A stretch of 64,000 nt of DNA from an uncultured Acidobacteriota bacterium (GTDB lineage Bacteria; Acidobacteriota; Thermoanaerobaculia; Multivoradales; UBA5704), in NCBI GenBank assembly GCA_963757335.1, contig CAVWRJ010000021.1, forward strand, positions 256,853 to 320,852, in the 5' to 3' direction. The notes below the pieces were generated by a model. That model worked only from the letters and a program-made list of their open reading frames with translations, was not told the DNA's origin and made no database searches. Position 1 is the stretch's first letter; every line of letters starts with the position of its first letter. The position numbers and the translations under genes are program-made. Of this stretch, positions 19,832 to 31,983 are shown piece after piece.

Positions 19832-20701
19832 ATGCCCCACCTTCTCCTCACCTATCTCCTCCCGCCGGACTTAGAGGACGCCCTCGTGGCCGATCTCTTC
19901 GAGGCCGGCACCCTGGGGGTGCAGTCGGCTCCCGCCGCGGACGGCCGGCTGCGGCTCTCGGCCTGGTTCCCGGAGGGGGCCTCTCCCGAGATCGATTCCG
20001 ACCGCTGGCGCTCCCGCGGGGTCGAGGCGGTGGGACGGGAGGTCCAGCCCGACACCGACTGGCTCGCCCTCTGGCGGGAGAAGGCCCAGCCCTTTCCGGT
20101 CGCCAGCGGATTCTTCGTCGATCCTCGGGAGCCAGGGGAGCCAGGGGAGCCGGCGGTGCTCCCCGCCGGCCGCCGGCTCCTCCACCTGCCGGCCCGGGGC
20201 GCCTTCGGCACCGGCAGCCATGAGTCGACGAGCCTCGTCCTCTCCCTCCTGGAGGAGGTCGACCTCGCCGGGCAACGGGTTCTGGACGTCGGCACCGGCA
20301 CCGGGGTCCTCTGCTTCGCCTCCCTTCTCCTCGGTGCCCGTGGGGCGGTGGGCTTCGACGTCGACCTGACCGCCCCCTTCCATGGTCTGGAGAACCGGCG
20401 CCTCAACCGCCCAGCGACGGCCGTCGGCCCGGAGCCGGTCTTCTTCGCCGGTACCACCGCCGCCCTCCGCGCGCTGCCCCATTTCGATCTCGCCCTCGTC
20501 AACGTCGTCCCCGAGCAGATCCTCCCCGAGCTCCCCCAGATCGTGCGCTGTCTGAAGTCCGGAGGCGCCGCGATCCTCTCCGGCATCCTCGTCGAGCGCG
20601 GCCGGCAGGTGCTCGAACGGGCGCGGGGGCTGGGGCTCGCCGAGGTGGCGCGGCGGGAGGCGGGGGACTGGGTCGCCTTCCATCTCGCTCTCTCTCGATG
20701 A
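19832..20701 (+). CDS. prmA: ribosomal protein L11 methyltransferase
   Basis: GTGSHESTSL and VLDVGTGTGVL SAM-binding motifs. Confidence 0.85.
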   Translation: MPHLLLTYLLPPDLEDALVADLFEAGTLGVQSAPAADGRLRLSAWFPEGASPEIDSDRWRSRGVEAVGREVQPDTDWLALWREKAQPFPVASGFFVDPREPGEPGEPAVLPAGRRLLHLPARGAFGTGSHESTSLVLSLLEEVDLAGQRVLDVGTGTGVLCFASLLLGARGAVGFDVDLTAPFHGLENRRLNRPATAVGPEPVFFAGTTAALRALPHFDLALVNVVPEQILPELPQIVRCLKSGGAAILSGILVERGRQVLERARGLGLAEVARREAGDWVAFHLALSR

Positions 20702-21399
20702 TCACTCTCCTCGCCGACCCCGCGCGCCTCGCCGGGCCGACCCTGACGATCGAGGGGGAGCCCTACCGGCATCTCTTCCGCGCCCGGCGGGTGGCGGCGG
20801 GCGAGCGGCTGCGGGTGGTCGACGGGGAGGGGAGGGCGCGCTTCGGGGAGGTGGCGCGGGTGGGGAAGGCCGCCGCCACGGTCACCCTGGGCGAGCCGGC
20901 GCCGGATCTGGAGCCGGCGGTGCGGGTCGATCTCCTCGTCACCACTCTCAAACCGGAGCGGGCCGCCTGGCTGGTCGAGAAGGCGACCGAGGTCGGGGTC
21001 TTCGCCATCCGCTTCCTCCACAGCTCCCGCGCCCCCCGCACCTTCGGCGACGGCACGGTCGAGCGCCTGCGGCGGGTGGCGGCGGCGGCGGTCGAGCAGT
21101 GCGGCCGGGCTCGCCTACCTCAGGTCACCGGCACCCATCCCTGGGAAGAGCTGGAAACGCTGACGGCGGGGTTTGCCGACCGCCGGGTGCTGGACACCGC
21201 GGCCGTCCTCCCCGAGATGCCGACCGCCGGAGCCTGCTCGCCGGTGGCCCTTCTCGTCGGTCCCGAGGGCGGCTGGACGGAAGAGGAACGGGCGGAGCTC
21301 TGCGCCACGGGCTGGCGGCCGCTCGGCCTGGGGGCCCGGGTGCTGCGGACCGAGACCGCCGCGGTCGTCGGCGTAGCACGATTCGTGCTGTCCCCGTAG
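20698..21399 (+). CDS. rsmE: 16S rRNA (uracil1498-N3)-methyltransferase
   Basis: PUA-like N-terminus and SPOUT C-terminus (LVEKATEVGV...LLVGPEGGWTEEE). Overlaps the prmA stop. Confidence 0.8.
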   Translation: MITLLADPARLAGPTLTIEGEPYRHLFRARRVAAGERLRVVDGEGRARFGEVARVGKAAATVTLGEPAPDLEPAVRVDLLVTTLKPERAAWLVEKATEVGVFAIRFLHSSRAPRTFGDGTVERLRRVAAAAVEQCGRARLPQVTGTHPWEELETLTAGFADRRVLDTAAVLPEMPTAGACSPVALLVGPEGGWTEEERAELCATGWRPLGLGARVLRTETAAVVGVARFVLSP

Positions 21400-21459
21400 A
21401 CACCGACCCCGGGTCGGGGCTAGCATCGGATCTTTAGAGACCCCCAAAAGGAGGGCGCC

Positions 21460-22419
21460 TTGTCGAGAGAGCTCTATCCCGACGTCCGGTGGATCTGGAT
21501 GAACGGCCGCCTCGTCGAGTTCGAGAAGGCCACGGTCCATGTCATGACCCACGCGCTGCACTACGGCTCGGGGGTCTTCGAAGGTGTCCGCTGCTACAAA
21601 ACGCAGCAGGGCTCGGCGGTCTTCCGCCTCCCCGAGCACACCAAGCGCCTGCGCAACTCGGCCAAGATCTACCGCATGGAGCTGCCGCTCTCCGACCGCG
21701 AGATCGACCAGGCGGTCTTGGAGACGATCCGGGCCAACGAGTTCGACGCCTGCTACATCCGACCGCTCGTCTTCCGCGGCTTCGGCCCCATGGGGGTCAA
21801 CCCGCTCAAGGCACCGGTCGAGATGACGATCGCGGTCTGGCCCTGGGGCCGCTATCTCGGCGAGGATGCCTTAGAGCGCGGGGTCGACGTCTGCGTCTCC
21901 TCCTGGCGCCGGGCGGCACCGAGCACCTTCCCCGCCACGGCGAAAGCCACCGGCAACTACCTGAACGCTCAGCTGATCAAGATGGAGGCGATCGCCAACG
22001 GCTACGCCGAGGGGATCGGCCTCGACATCTCGGGGCACGTCAGCGAGGGCTCGGGGGAGAACCTCTTCCTGGTCAAGGACGGGGTCCTGATCACCCCGCC
22101 GGTCGCCTCGTCGCTCCTCTCCGGCATCACCCGCGACGCGGTGATGAAGATCGCCGAGGACCTGGAGATCCCGGTGCGCGAGAGCCTCGTCCCCCGCGGC
22201 CTCCTCTATACCTGCGACGAGCTGTTCTTCACCGGCACCGCGGTCGAGATCGCCCCCATCTGCTCGGTCGACCGCCTGACCGTCGGCGAGGGGCGGCCGG
22301 GGGAGATCACCCGCCGGATCATGGCCGAGTTCCAGCGCATCGTGACCGGCGAGACCCCCGACCGCCACGGCTGGTTGACCCCGGTCGGGGTCCCGGTGGC
22401 CCGGGAAGCGGTGACCTAA
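21460..22419 (+). CDS. ilvE: branched-chain amino acid aminotransferase
   Basis: Class IV aminotransferase: HALHYGSGVFEGVRCY...EGSGENLFLVKDG. Confidence 0.9.
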   Translation: MSRELYPDVRWIWMNGRLVEFEKATVHVMTHALHYGSGVFEGVRCYKTQQGSAVFRLPEHTKRLRNSAKIYRMELPLSDREIDQAVLETIRANEFDACYIRPLVFRGFGPMGVNPLKAPVEMTIAVWPWGRYLGEDALERGVDVCVSSWRRAAPSTFPATAKATGNYLNAQLIKMEAIANGYAEGIGLDISGHVSEGSGENLFLVKDGVLITPPVASSLLSGITRDAVMKIAEDLEIPVRESLVPRGLLYTCDELFFTGTAVEIAPICSVDRLTVGEGRPGEITRRIMAEFQRIVTGETPDRHGWLTPVGVPVAREAVT

Positions 22420-23601
22420 GTGAACATCAACGACCTGCTGAAGATCGCCGTCGAGCGCAAGGCTTCCGACCTCCACTTGAAGGTGGGGAGCCATCCGGTC
22501 ATCCGCGTCGACGGCGATCTCATGTCGCTCTCCGACCTGAAGCGGCTCATGCAGGAGGACACCATCGCCATGGCGTTCTCGATCATGAACGCCCGCCAGA
22601 AGCAGCGCTTCAAGGAGGAGTACGAGCTCGACATCGCCTACTCGGTGCCGGGGCTCGGCCGTTTCCGCTGCAACGTCTTCCAGCAGCGCGGCGCGGTCGG
22701 CCTCGTCCTCCGGGTCATCCCGGCGCGCATCCAGAGCATCCGCGAGCTGATGCTGCCGACGGTGATGGAGAAGATCTGCGAGGAGCGGCGGGGGCTCATC
22801 CTCTGCACCGGGACGACCGGCTCGGGGAAGTCGACGAGCCTGGCGGCGATGATCGACTACATCAACTCGAACCGCACCGAGCACATCATGACGATCGAGG
22901 ACCCCATCGAGTTCCTCCACCGGGACAAGAAGGCGATCGTCAACCAGCGGGAGATCGACGTCGACACCCGCGCCTTCGCCCCGGCTCTCCGCTCGGCGCT
23001 GCGCCAGGACCCCGACGTCATCCTGGTCGGCGAGATGCGCGACTACGAGACGATCGAGACCGCGCTCCTGGCGGCCGAGACCGGCCACCTCGTCTTCTCG
23101 ACCCTCCACACCCTGGACGCGACGGAGACCATCAACCGCATCATCTCGGTCTTCCCGCCGCACCACCAGAAGCAGATCCGGATCCAGCTCGGCCAGGTGC
23201 TGAAGGCGGTCGTTTCGCTCCGCCTCCTGCCGCGCGCCGACGGCATCGGCCGGGTGCCGGCGGTCGAGGTGCTGATCTCGACCCCCTACATCCGCGACTG
23301 CATCGAGAACAAGGACAAGACCAAGTACATCCGCGAGCAGATCGCCCTCGGGACCTCGCAGTACGGGATGCAGACCTTCGACCAGTCGCTCTACCAGCTC
23401 TACAAGAGCGGCCTCATCACCTTGGACGAAGCCATGCGCCGGGCCTCGAACCCCGACGAGTTCAAGCTCAAGATCCAGGGGGTCCAGTTCACCGCCGACA
23501 TCTCCCGCGACCAGATGGACGAGTCGCTCGAGATCCCCGGCGACGGCGACCTGATGGCGAGCGAGTCGCCGTTCGAGATCGACATGGGGAGCGGGCACTA
23601 G
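22420..23601 (+). CDS. pilT: type IV pilus twitching-motility ATPase PilT, GTG start
   Basis: DLHLKVGSHPVIRVDG; Walker A GTTGSGKSTSLAAMIDYIN; AIRQDPDVILVGEMRD. Confidence 0.9.
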   Translation: MNINDLLKIAVERKASDLHLKVGSHPVIRVDGDLMSLSDLKRLMQEDTIAMAFSIMNARQKQRFKEEYELDIAYSVPGLGRFRCNVFQQRGAVGLVLRVIPARIQSIRELMLPTVMEKICEERRGLILCTGTTGSGKSTSLAAMIDYINSNRTEHIMTIEDPIEFLHRDKKAIVNQREIDVDTRAFAPALRSALRQDPDVILVGEMRDYETIETALLAAETGHLVFSTLHTLDATETINRIISVFPPHHQKQIRIQLGQVLKAVVSLRLLPRADGIGRVPAVEVLISTPYIRDCIENKDKTKYIREQIALGTSQYGMQTFDQSLYQLYKSGLITLDEAMRRASNPDEFKLKIQGVQFTADISRDQMDESLEIPGDGDLMASESPFEIDMGSGH

Positions 23602-23885
23602 GCTCCTGAGAGCAGCAGGTCCTCAGCCTGATTGGGATCGGCGGCATCGGCGGGATCAACCCGCCTGGAAGCCCCGAAGGGGCAAAGGCATGTAGCCTGG
23701 GGCGCAAGCCCCAGGTGAGAGACAAAAGAGATCCAGCCCCGAAGGGGCGACGGAAAGCCCGCCACTGCCGTCGCCCCTTCGGGGCTTTGAATTCAATAGG
23801 TGGATCCTGTCCAGGGGCTTGCGCCCCTGGCTACATGCCGTCGCCCCCTCCGGGGCTACTACTGTTGGCTACCCGCCACCGAGAC

Positions 23886-24344
23886 ATGCCCACCGCCTAC
23901 GAGAAAGCCGTCCAGCTCCTCGCCTCCCGCCCGCACTTTAGGCGGGAGATCGAGCAGAAGCTCGCCACCCGCAGCTTTCCGAAGGACGAGATCGCGGCGG
24001 CGCTCGACCGGCTGACCTCGGAGGGGTATCTCGACGACCGGGCGGCGGCGGAGGGGTTCCTCCGTGGCCGGCTGTCGCGGGGGGAGGGGCGGCTGCGGCT
24101 CGCCGCCGAGCTGGCGCGGCGGGGGGCGCCCGCCGAGATCGCCGCGGCGGCGCTCACCGCCCTCCTTCCCGAGGACGACCTGCCGGCGACCCGCGAGGCG
24201 GCGGCCCGCTGGGCCCGGCGCGGGGGGAAGGAGCCGGCGGCGCTCGCCCGGCACCTGGCGCGCAAGGGGTTCTCCCGCCGTGCTATCGTCCAGGTTTTGA
24301 GGGAAGAGGGGAGCGAGGCCGTAGGCGAGGGGATGGACGACTAG
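23886..24344 (+). CDS. recX: regulatory protein RecX
   Basis: Three-helix-repeat RecX pattern ([28 protein letters not shown]...). Confidence 0.75.
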   Translation: MPTAYEKAVQLLASRPHFRREIEQKLATRSFPKDEIAAALDRLTSEGYLDDRAAAEGFLRGRLSRGEGRLRLAAELARRGAPAEIAAAALTALLPEDDLPATREAAARWARRGGKEPAALARHLARKGFSRRAIVQVLREEGSEAVGEGMDD

Positions 24345-24398
24345 CCCCGCGCCCCGGTCTCCCGTCCCTCCCGTTCCCCCCTCGACTCCACCGACGAT

Positions 24399-27068
<2,670 letters not shown>

Positions 27069-27116
27069 GGCTGGGGCTGGGCAAATGAAATGGATCGGAA
27101 CTTCTAGGATGAGAAC

Positions 27117-27536
27117 ATGAAAAAGTCGGACGCGAGCCAAGACCAGTCGGCATCGGAGCTCATCTCGAAAAGAATCGCCGAGCTCGGGGACTGGCGCGGG
27201 GAAACCCTCGGCAGAATGCGCAAGCTCATCAAGGAAGCAGACCCGGATGTCGTCGAGGAGTGGAAGTGGATGGGCACTCCGGTCTGGTCGCACGACGGCA
27301 TCCTCTGCACTGGCGAATCCTACAAGAATGTCGTGAAGCTTACCTTCGCCAAGGGCGCGTCGCTGAACGATCCGGCCCGTCTCTTCAACTCGAGTCTCGA
27401 CGGAAACGTACGCCGCGCGATCGACATCCACGAAGGAGAAGAGGTTGACGAGTCCGCCTTCAAGGCGCTCATTCGCCAAGCGGTCGGCGTCAACAGTTCT
27501 GGCAAGTCGAAACCTGCGAAGAAGGCGAAGTCCTGA
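27117..27536 (+). CDS. DUF1801 (YdhG-like) domain protein
   Basis: [43 protein letters not shown] pattern. Confidence 0.6.
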   Translation: MKKSDASQDQSASELISKRIAELGDWRGETLGRMRKLIKEADPDVVEEWKWMGTPVWSHDGILCTGESYKNVVKLTFAKGASLNDPARLFNSSLDGNVRRAIDIHEGEEVDESAFKALIRQAVGVNSSGKSKPAKKAKS

Positions 27537-27730
27537 GGGATTCCGCCCCTGAACAGGTTCGACATCGGCGTGGCGGAGGTGGGCCTGAGAGCATGCCACC
27601 CCTAGCGTCCGCCCTACCCCCCGCTGCTCCCAATATTTAGCCCCCCTTGAATATCTCCTCCGGGCGCGCTACTATCCACGCCAGTAGTCCTTACTTAGTT
27701 CGGCAGCTCGTTTTTCGTTTCGAAGAAGCG

Positions 27731-28387
27731 ATGAAGACTCGAGTCCTCACGGCGCTAGCCGTCTTTCTCTGCCCGCTCTTAGCGGCGGCGCAGGTCCGGG
27801 TCACCATCGGCCAGAACGGCCGGAAGGTGATCTGCAACGAGTCGGTCGACCAGCACGAGCGGCGGGTCTCCGACCGGCTCGTCCCCATCCCCGACTCCCG
27901 GATCGAGCCGCTCATCGCCCGCCACGCCGACCGCCAGCAGCTCGATCCCCGGCTGGTGCGAGCGGTCGTCCAGGTGGAATCGGGGTACAACGTCCGCGCC
28001 CGCTCGCCCAAGGGGGCCATGGGGCTGATGCAGCTGATGCCGGACACCGCCGTCGAGCTGGCGGTCTCCGATCCGTACGATCCGGACCAGAACCTGCGCG
28101 GCGGCACCACCTACCTGCGGCGGATGATCGACCGCTTCAAGGGGCAGGTCGAGCTCGCCGTGGCGGCCTACGACGCCGGTCCCGAGGCGGTGGCGAAGCA
28201 CAACGGCATCCCGCCCTACGCCGAGACCCGCGACTACGTGAGGCGGGTGCTCGCCCTCTACCATGGGGGGGGCAGCGGACCGCTGCCGCGGCTGGGGATC
28301 ATCGGCCCCGGCGGGGTCAAGACCTACCTTACCCGCGAAGGCAACAACCGCCTGCTGCTGACCTCGACCTTCAACGGCGGCCGATAG
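27731..28387 (+). CDS. secreted lytic transglycosylase (SLT domain)
   Basis: Signal peptide; VESGYNVRARSPKGAMGLMQLMPDTA...AYDAGPEAV. Confidence 0.75.
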   Translation: MKTRVLTALAVFLCPLLAAAQVRVTIGQNGRKVICNESVDQHERRVSDRLVPIPDSRIEPLIARHADRQQLDPRLVRAVVQVESGYNVRARSPKGAMGLMQLMPDTAVELAVSDPYDPDQNLRGGTTYLRRMIDRFKGQVELAVAAYDAGPEAVAKHNGIPPYAETRDYVRRVLALYHGGGSGPLPRLGIIGPGGVKTYLTREGNNRLLLTSTFNGGR

Positions 28388-28515
28388 GCCGGTTCTCGCC
28401 GGTTTCACGCTGGCTTCACGCTGGTTTCACGCTGGTATCAAAAACTCGCGAACGTTCGGCGGCGGAGAGCGTGGCATACAATGCCCCGGGCGAGATCCGT
28501 CCGCCCGCTTCCGCG

Positions 28516-29097
28516 ATGCTCAACGTCCCGAACGTCCTCACGATCTGCAGGATTCTGCTGGTGCCGCCCCTCGTGGTGGTGCTGCTCACCAAGTTCCCCG
28601 GCAAGGAGTTCGTCGGCCTGGGGCTCTTCCTCCTCGCCGCCCTGATGGACTTCCTGGACGGCTTCCTCGCCCGGCGGCGCAACCAGGTCACCCGGCTGGG
28701 GACCCTCCTCGATCCCGCGGCCGACAAGATCCTCATCTCCGCCGCCTTCATCTCGCTGGTCGAGCTCGATCACCAGCTGGTGCCGGCGTGGATCGTCGTC
28801 GTCATCATCGCCCGCGAGTTCGCCGTCTCGTCTCTCCGCAGCTTCGCCGCCGCCGAGAACCTCATCATCCCCTCGGGGATGTCGGGGAAGGTCAAGACGT
28901 TCGTTCAGATCGTCTCGATCGCCCTCCTCATCATCTACCAGCAGCTCGACCAGTTCCGCCACCTGGCGCCCATCTCGCTGTGGGCGGCCCTCCTCGTCAC
29001 GGTCTACTCCGGAGTCGAGTACTTCATCCGTTTCGGCCGGCTCATCCTGCACGGCGAGACCCCGGCGTCCATGCAGCGCCCGTCGTCCCGGCGATGA
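28516..29097 (+). CDS. pgsA: CDP-diacylglycerol--glycerol-3-phosphate 3-phosphatidyltransferase
   Basis: CDP-alcohol phosphatidyltransferase motif region (DFLDGFLARRRNQVTRLGTLLDPAADK). Confidence 0.8.
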   Translation: MLNVPNVLTICRILLVPPLVVVLLTKFPGKEFVGLGLFLLAALMDFLDGFLARRRNQVTRLGTLLDPAADKILISAAFISLVELDHQLVPAWIVVVIIAREFAVSSLRSFAAAENLIIPSGMSGKVKTFVQIVSIALLIIYQQLDQFRHLAPISLWAALLVTVYSGVEYFIRFGRLILHGETPASMQRPSSRR

Positions 29098-29142
29098 GGC
29101 CCAAAAGCGCGGGCCGGATCTCCAGCTGAGGACGGAGAAAGA

Positions 29143-30357
29143 ATGAAACCGCGGATCTTCATCGCCTGTTCGAGAGAAGCGCTGGACGTGGCCTATGCGA
29201 TCCAGGAGAACGTGTCCAGGGAGGCCGAGGCCACGGTCTGGGACCAGGACGTCTTCCAACCGTCCAGCTACACCCTGGAAGATCTGGTCAAGCAGCTCGA
29301 CCGGGTGGACTCCGGGATCTTCATCTTTTCTCCCGAGGACACCGTGAAGCTGCGCGACGCGACCTACGCGGCGGTGCGCGACAACGTGCTCTTCGAGCTC
29401 GGGCTCTTCATCGGCCGGCTGGGTCGAGAGCGGAACTTCATCATCAAGCCGACCGGCGTCCAGGACTTCCGATTGCCGACCGATCTCATGGGCCTGGGGC
29501 TCCTCGAGTTCGACCCCGATCGCCAGGATGGGAATCTGAACGCGGCTTTGAGCCCCGCCTGCCGCAAGATCCTGAAGCGCCTGCAGCAGCTGCCGCCGAA
29601 CCGTGGCCGGGAGATCGCGGCCCCTCCGGAGCCCGAAGCCGCCCCGGCGCCGCTCCAGATCAACATTCCCGACCAGATCCTGCTCGGCCATTTCATGGGG
29701 AGCCTGCAGGCGATCGTCTTCGTGGACCTCTTCAACCCCGGCCGGGAGGTCGCCAATCTATCGCGGCTCCGGTGCGTGCTCCGCGGCCCCACGGGGGTGA
29801 TCTACGATCTTCCGGCGCGGAACACCCTCTCCCGGCAGCCGCCTCCGCCGGGCCAGTTTGCGGTCGAGTACCCCCTCATCCGCGTCGTCCTCAAGGCGAA
29901 CGAGGACTGGGGAGAGAGCATCCGTTTCTGTGAGCGGTGGATCGGGGACCAGCAGGAGCAGGTCGACCGGATCTTGATGAAGGTCAGGGACAGCATCAGC
30001 GCCAGGCAGTCGGCGAATCCTGGCGGCAGCCTGGTCGAGGCGGACCCGGAGATCGTCGACGAGGCCCGGGCCTTCTTCGCGAGCACGTTCACCCTCACCC
30101 CGGGAGAGTACCAAGGGTTCCTCGTCGTCGAGGGCGAGCGGCTCTTAGGGGTGAAAGGATTCGTGCTGACTCTCTCCGAGAGCTTGATCGAGAGCCTGAA
30201 GCTGGTGACGACCCGGGGCTACAAGTATGGCTACGGCATCTGTTTTCCCAACAACGACCCCCAGTACAGCCCCTGGCCAGGCATCCGGGTGATCGATGAC
30301 GAGAAGGCCAGGGCCGCCTATCAGGAGCTGAGGAAAGGCTCGACCGCCAGCCCGTAG
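29143..30357 (+). CDS. TIR-like (COG4271-type) nucleotide-binding domain protein with a roughly 250-aa C-terminal domain of unknown function
   Basis: N-terminal 135 aa: RIFIACSRE...VWDQDVF...GIFIFSPED...RDNVLFELGLFIGRLGRERNFII matches the TIR-like signature (NV-FE-G-F-G-LGRER). The remainder matches no family I recognise. Confidence 0.55.
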   Translation: MKPRIFIACSREALDVAYAIQENVSREAEATVWDQDVFQPSSYTLEDLVKQLDRVDSGIFIFSPEDTVKLRDATYAAVRDNVLFELGLFIGRLGRERNFIIKPTGVQDFRLPTDLMGLGLLEFDPDRQDGNLNAALSPACRKILKRLQQLPPNRGREIAAPPEPEAAPAPLQINIPDQILLGHFMGSLQAIVFVDLFNPGREVANLSRLRCVLRGPTGVIYDLPARNTLSRQPPPPGQFAVEYPLIRVVLKANEDWGESIRFCERWIGDQQEQVDRILMKVRDSISARQSANPGGSLVEADPEIVDEARAFFASTFTLTPGEYQGFLVVEGERLLGVKGFVLTLSESLIESLKLVTTRGYKYGYGICFPNNDPQYSPWPGIRVIDDEKARAAYQELRKGSTASP

Positions 30358-31310
30358 GTTGGATTGATCCTGGGGCCTGTACCGATCCGGCCGGCCACCT
30401 CCCGGATCGCCTCGGCGACCGCCTCCGGCACCTCTTCCTGAAGGAAGTGCCCCGCCGTCTCGACGCGGGTGACCTGGGCCCGGGGGAGGGCGCGCTCGTG
30501 GCGGGAGAGCGCCCGGCCGAGGATCGGATCGCGCATCCCCCAGACGAGGGCGGAGGGCCCGGCGAAGGAGCGCACCCACTCCTCGCCCCGCCGGATCGCC
30601 GGCACGCTGGGGTGCCCGGGGCCGTCCGGCACCATCCGGGCGAGGGCGAGCGGCGCCACCCGCTCCGCCCAGCTACGGAGCGGAAACCGGTAGGCGCGGG
30701 CGACCTCGCCGCTTAAGGACTGCCGGTCGCCCTGGACCCGGTTTAAGACGTTCATGGGCAGCCCGAGACCCCGGAACGCCAGGTTGGAGACGCCGGGCAT
30801 CCGGGAGAAGCGGTGAAACCAGGTACCCCCGAACCGCTCCGGCACGAGCACCGCGGTGTTGGCGAGCACGAGCCCCGCGATCCGCTCCGGGCAACGCGCC
30901 CCCACCTGCGCCGCGATCGGCCCGCCCCAATCCTGTCCGACGAGGACGATCCCCTTGAGATCGAGCGCCGTCACCAGCTCCGCGATCGCCGCCCCATGCC
31001 GTTCGAGCGAGTGGTCCGCGAGATGCTGTGGCTTGGAGGAGAAGCCCAGTCCCAGGAGGTCGGGGGCCACGCAGTGGAATTCCGGCAGGAGGGCGATAAC
31101 CCGCCGCCAGAGGAAGCTCCAGGTAGGGTTGCCATGAAGGAGGAGCACCGGGCGGGCAGTCGGGTGCCCCGGATCGAGGAAGTGCAGAAGGCGGCCGGAA
31201 TCCGGCCCGGACGCGAGCCGGTAGGCTCGCCGGGGAAAGGGGAGGAGAGCCTCCAGGAACTCGGGGAGGGGCGGGGGCGGGGGGAAGGGCATGGAGGTAA
31301 AGTCCTCCAT
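30321..31310 (-). CDS. alpha/beta-fold hydrolase (haloalkane dehalogenase-like)
   Basis: VLLLHGNPTWSFLWRRVI...LVGQDWGGPIA nucleophile elbow; convergent 36-bp overlap with the TIR-like gene. Confidence 0.7.
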   Translation of the reverse strand: MEDFTSMPFPPPPPLPEFLEALLPFPRRAYRLASGPDSGRLLHFLDPGHPTARPVLLLHGNPTWSFLWRRVIALLPEFHCVAPDLLGLGFSSKPQHLADHSLERHGAAIAELVTALDLKGIVLVGQDWGGPIAAQVGARCPERIAGLVLANTAVLVPERFGGTWFHRFSRMPGVSNLAFRGLGLPMNVLNRVQGDRQSLSGEVARAYRFPLRSWAERVAPLALARMVPDGPGHPSVPAIRRGEEWVRSFAGPSALVWGMRDPILGRALSRHERALPRAQVTRVETAGHFLQEEVPEAVAEAIREVAGRIGTGPRINPTYGLAVEPFLSS

Positions 31311-31390
31311 CTATGATAGCGGCTGTGCCCTGGGGAGGCTCTGCTTCGAAAGACTCCCGAAAGAGCGATGACGCAGGTCACCTGCAGGCG

Positions 31391-31700
31391 TTAGAGACGC
31401 GAGCTCCCCATTTCGGACGCTACACTCCTCTTTTCAGACGCGAAACACCTCTTTTCGGACGCAGAAATGAACGCTTCGGCGTCCAGAGTGAGCTTTTTAG
31501 CGTCCGAAAGAAGCTCTCCAGCGTCCGGAAAGCTCTTTTCGGAGTCCGGAAGATTCATTTCTGCGTCCGAAGTCCTCCTTTCGGCGTCCAGAATGAGCAT
31601 TTCTGAGTCCGAAGTCCTCTTTTCCACGTCCGAAATGAGCATTTATGCGTCCAGAAAGATCTCGTAGCGTCCAGAAGACGTGACTTTAGCGTCCGAAGCC
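31391..31700. repeat. array of about 15 degenerate 20-23 bp repeats with a conserved 9-bp core TTCGGACGC: 3 units in one orientation, then about 11 in the inverse orientation (GCGTCCGAA)
   Basis: Direct reading of the sequence: units such as tcggacgcagaaatgaacgct, then agcgtccgaaagaagctctcc, tgcgtccgaagtcctccttt and so on. Confidence 0.85.
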
Positions 31701-31983
31701 CTGCGTTTCGGTCGTTCCGAGAGGCTGTTCGCTCTCTGTCAGGGCACTAAGGCTTCAAGTGGCCTCAGTAATTAGCCTGAATAGAATGAGTGGTTTGCCG
31801 CTGCGGTCAGGAAGAAGGCGAGCCAACGTAGGGTTGGGAGACGAAAGCTAGCGTCCGAAAGAGTAGACGCAAGGCGGACCGGACTCTAGATCTGGACGCT
31901 AGCGCTCGGGCAGCTGGTGCCGTAGTAAGATTCTCTGCACTCTTCCAGCCGAATCGGACGGAAGGACGGGAGAGAACGCCGCC

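Noticed and set aside
28388-28440. Three tandem copies of ggtttcacgct downstream of the lytic transglycosylase gene
   Set aside because: Too short and simple to interpret; probably slipped-strand microsatellite or part of a terminator.
31391-31700. 21-bp array considered as CRISPR or as coding sequence (ORFs 31313..31606, 31391..31642, 31467..31667)
   Set aside because: The variable segments are only about 12 bp and the array switches orientation. ORF translations are Ser/Phe/Arg low-complexity sequences produced by the repeat.
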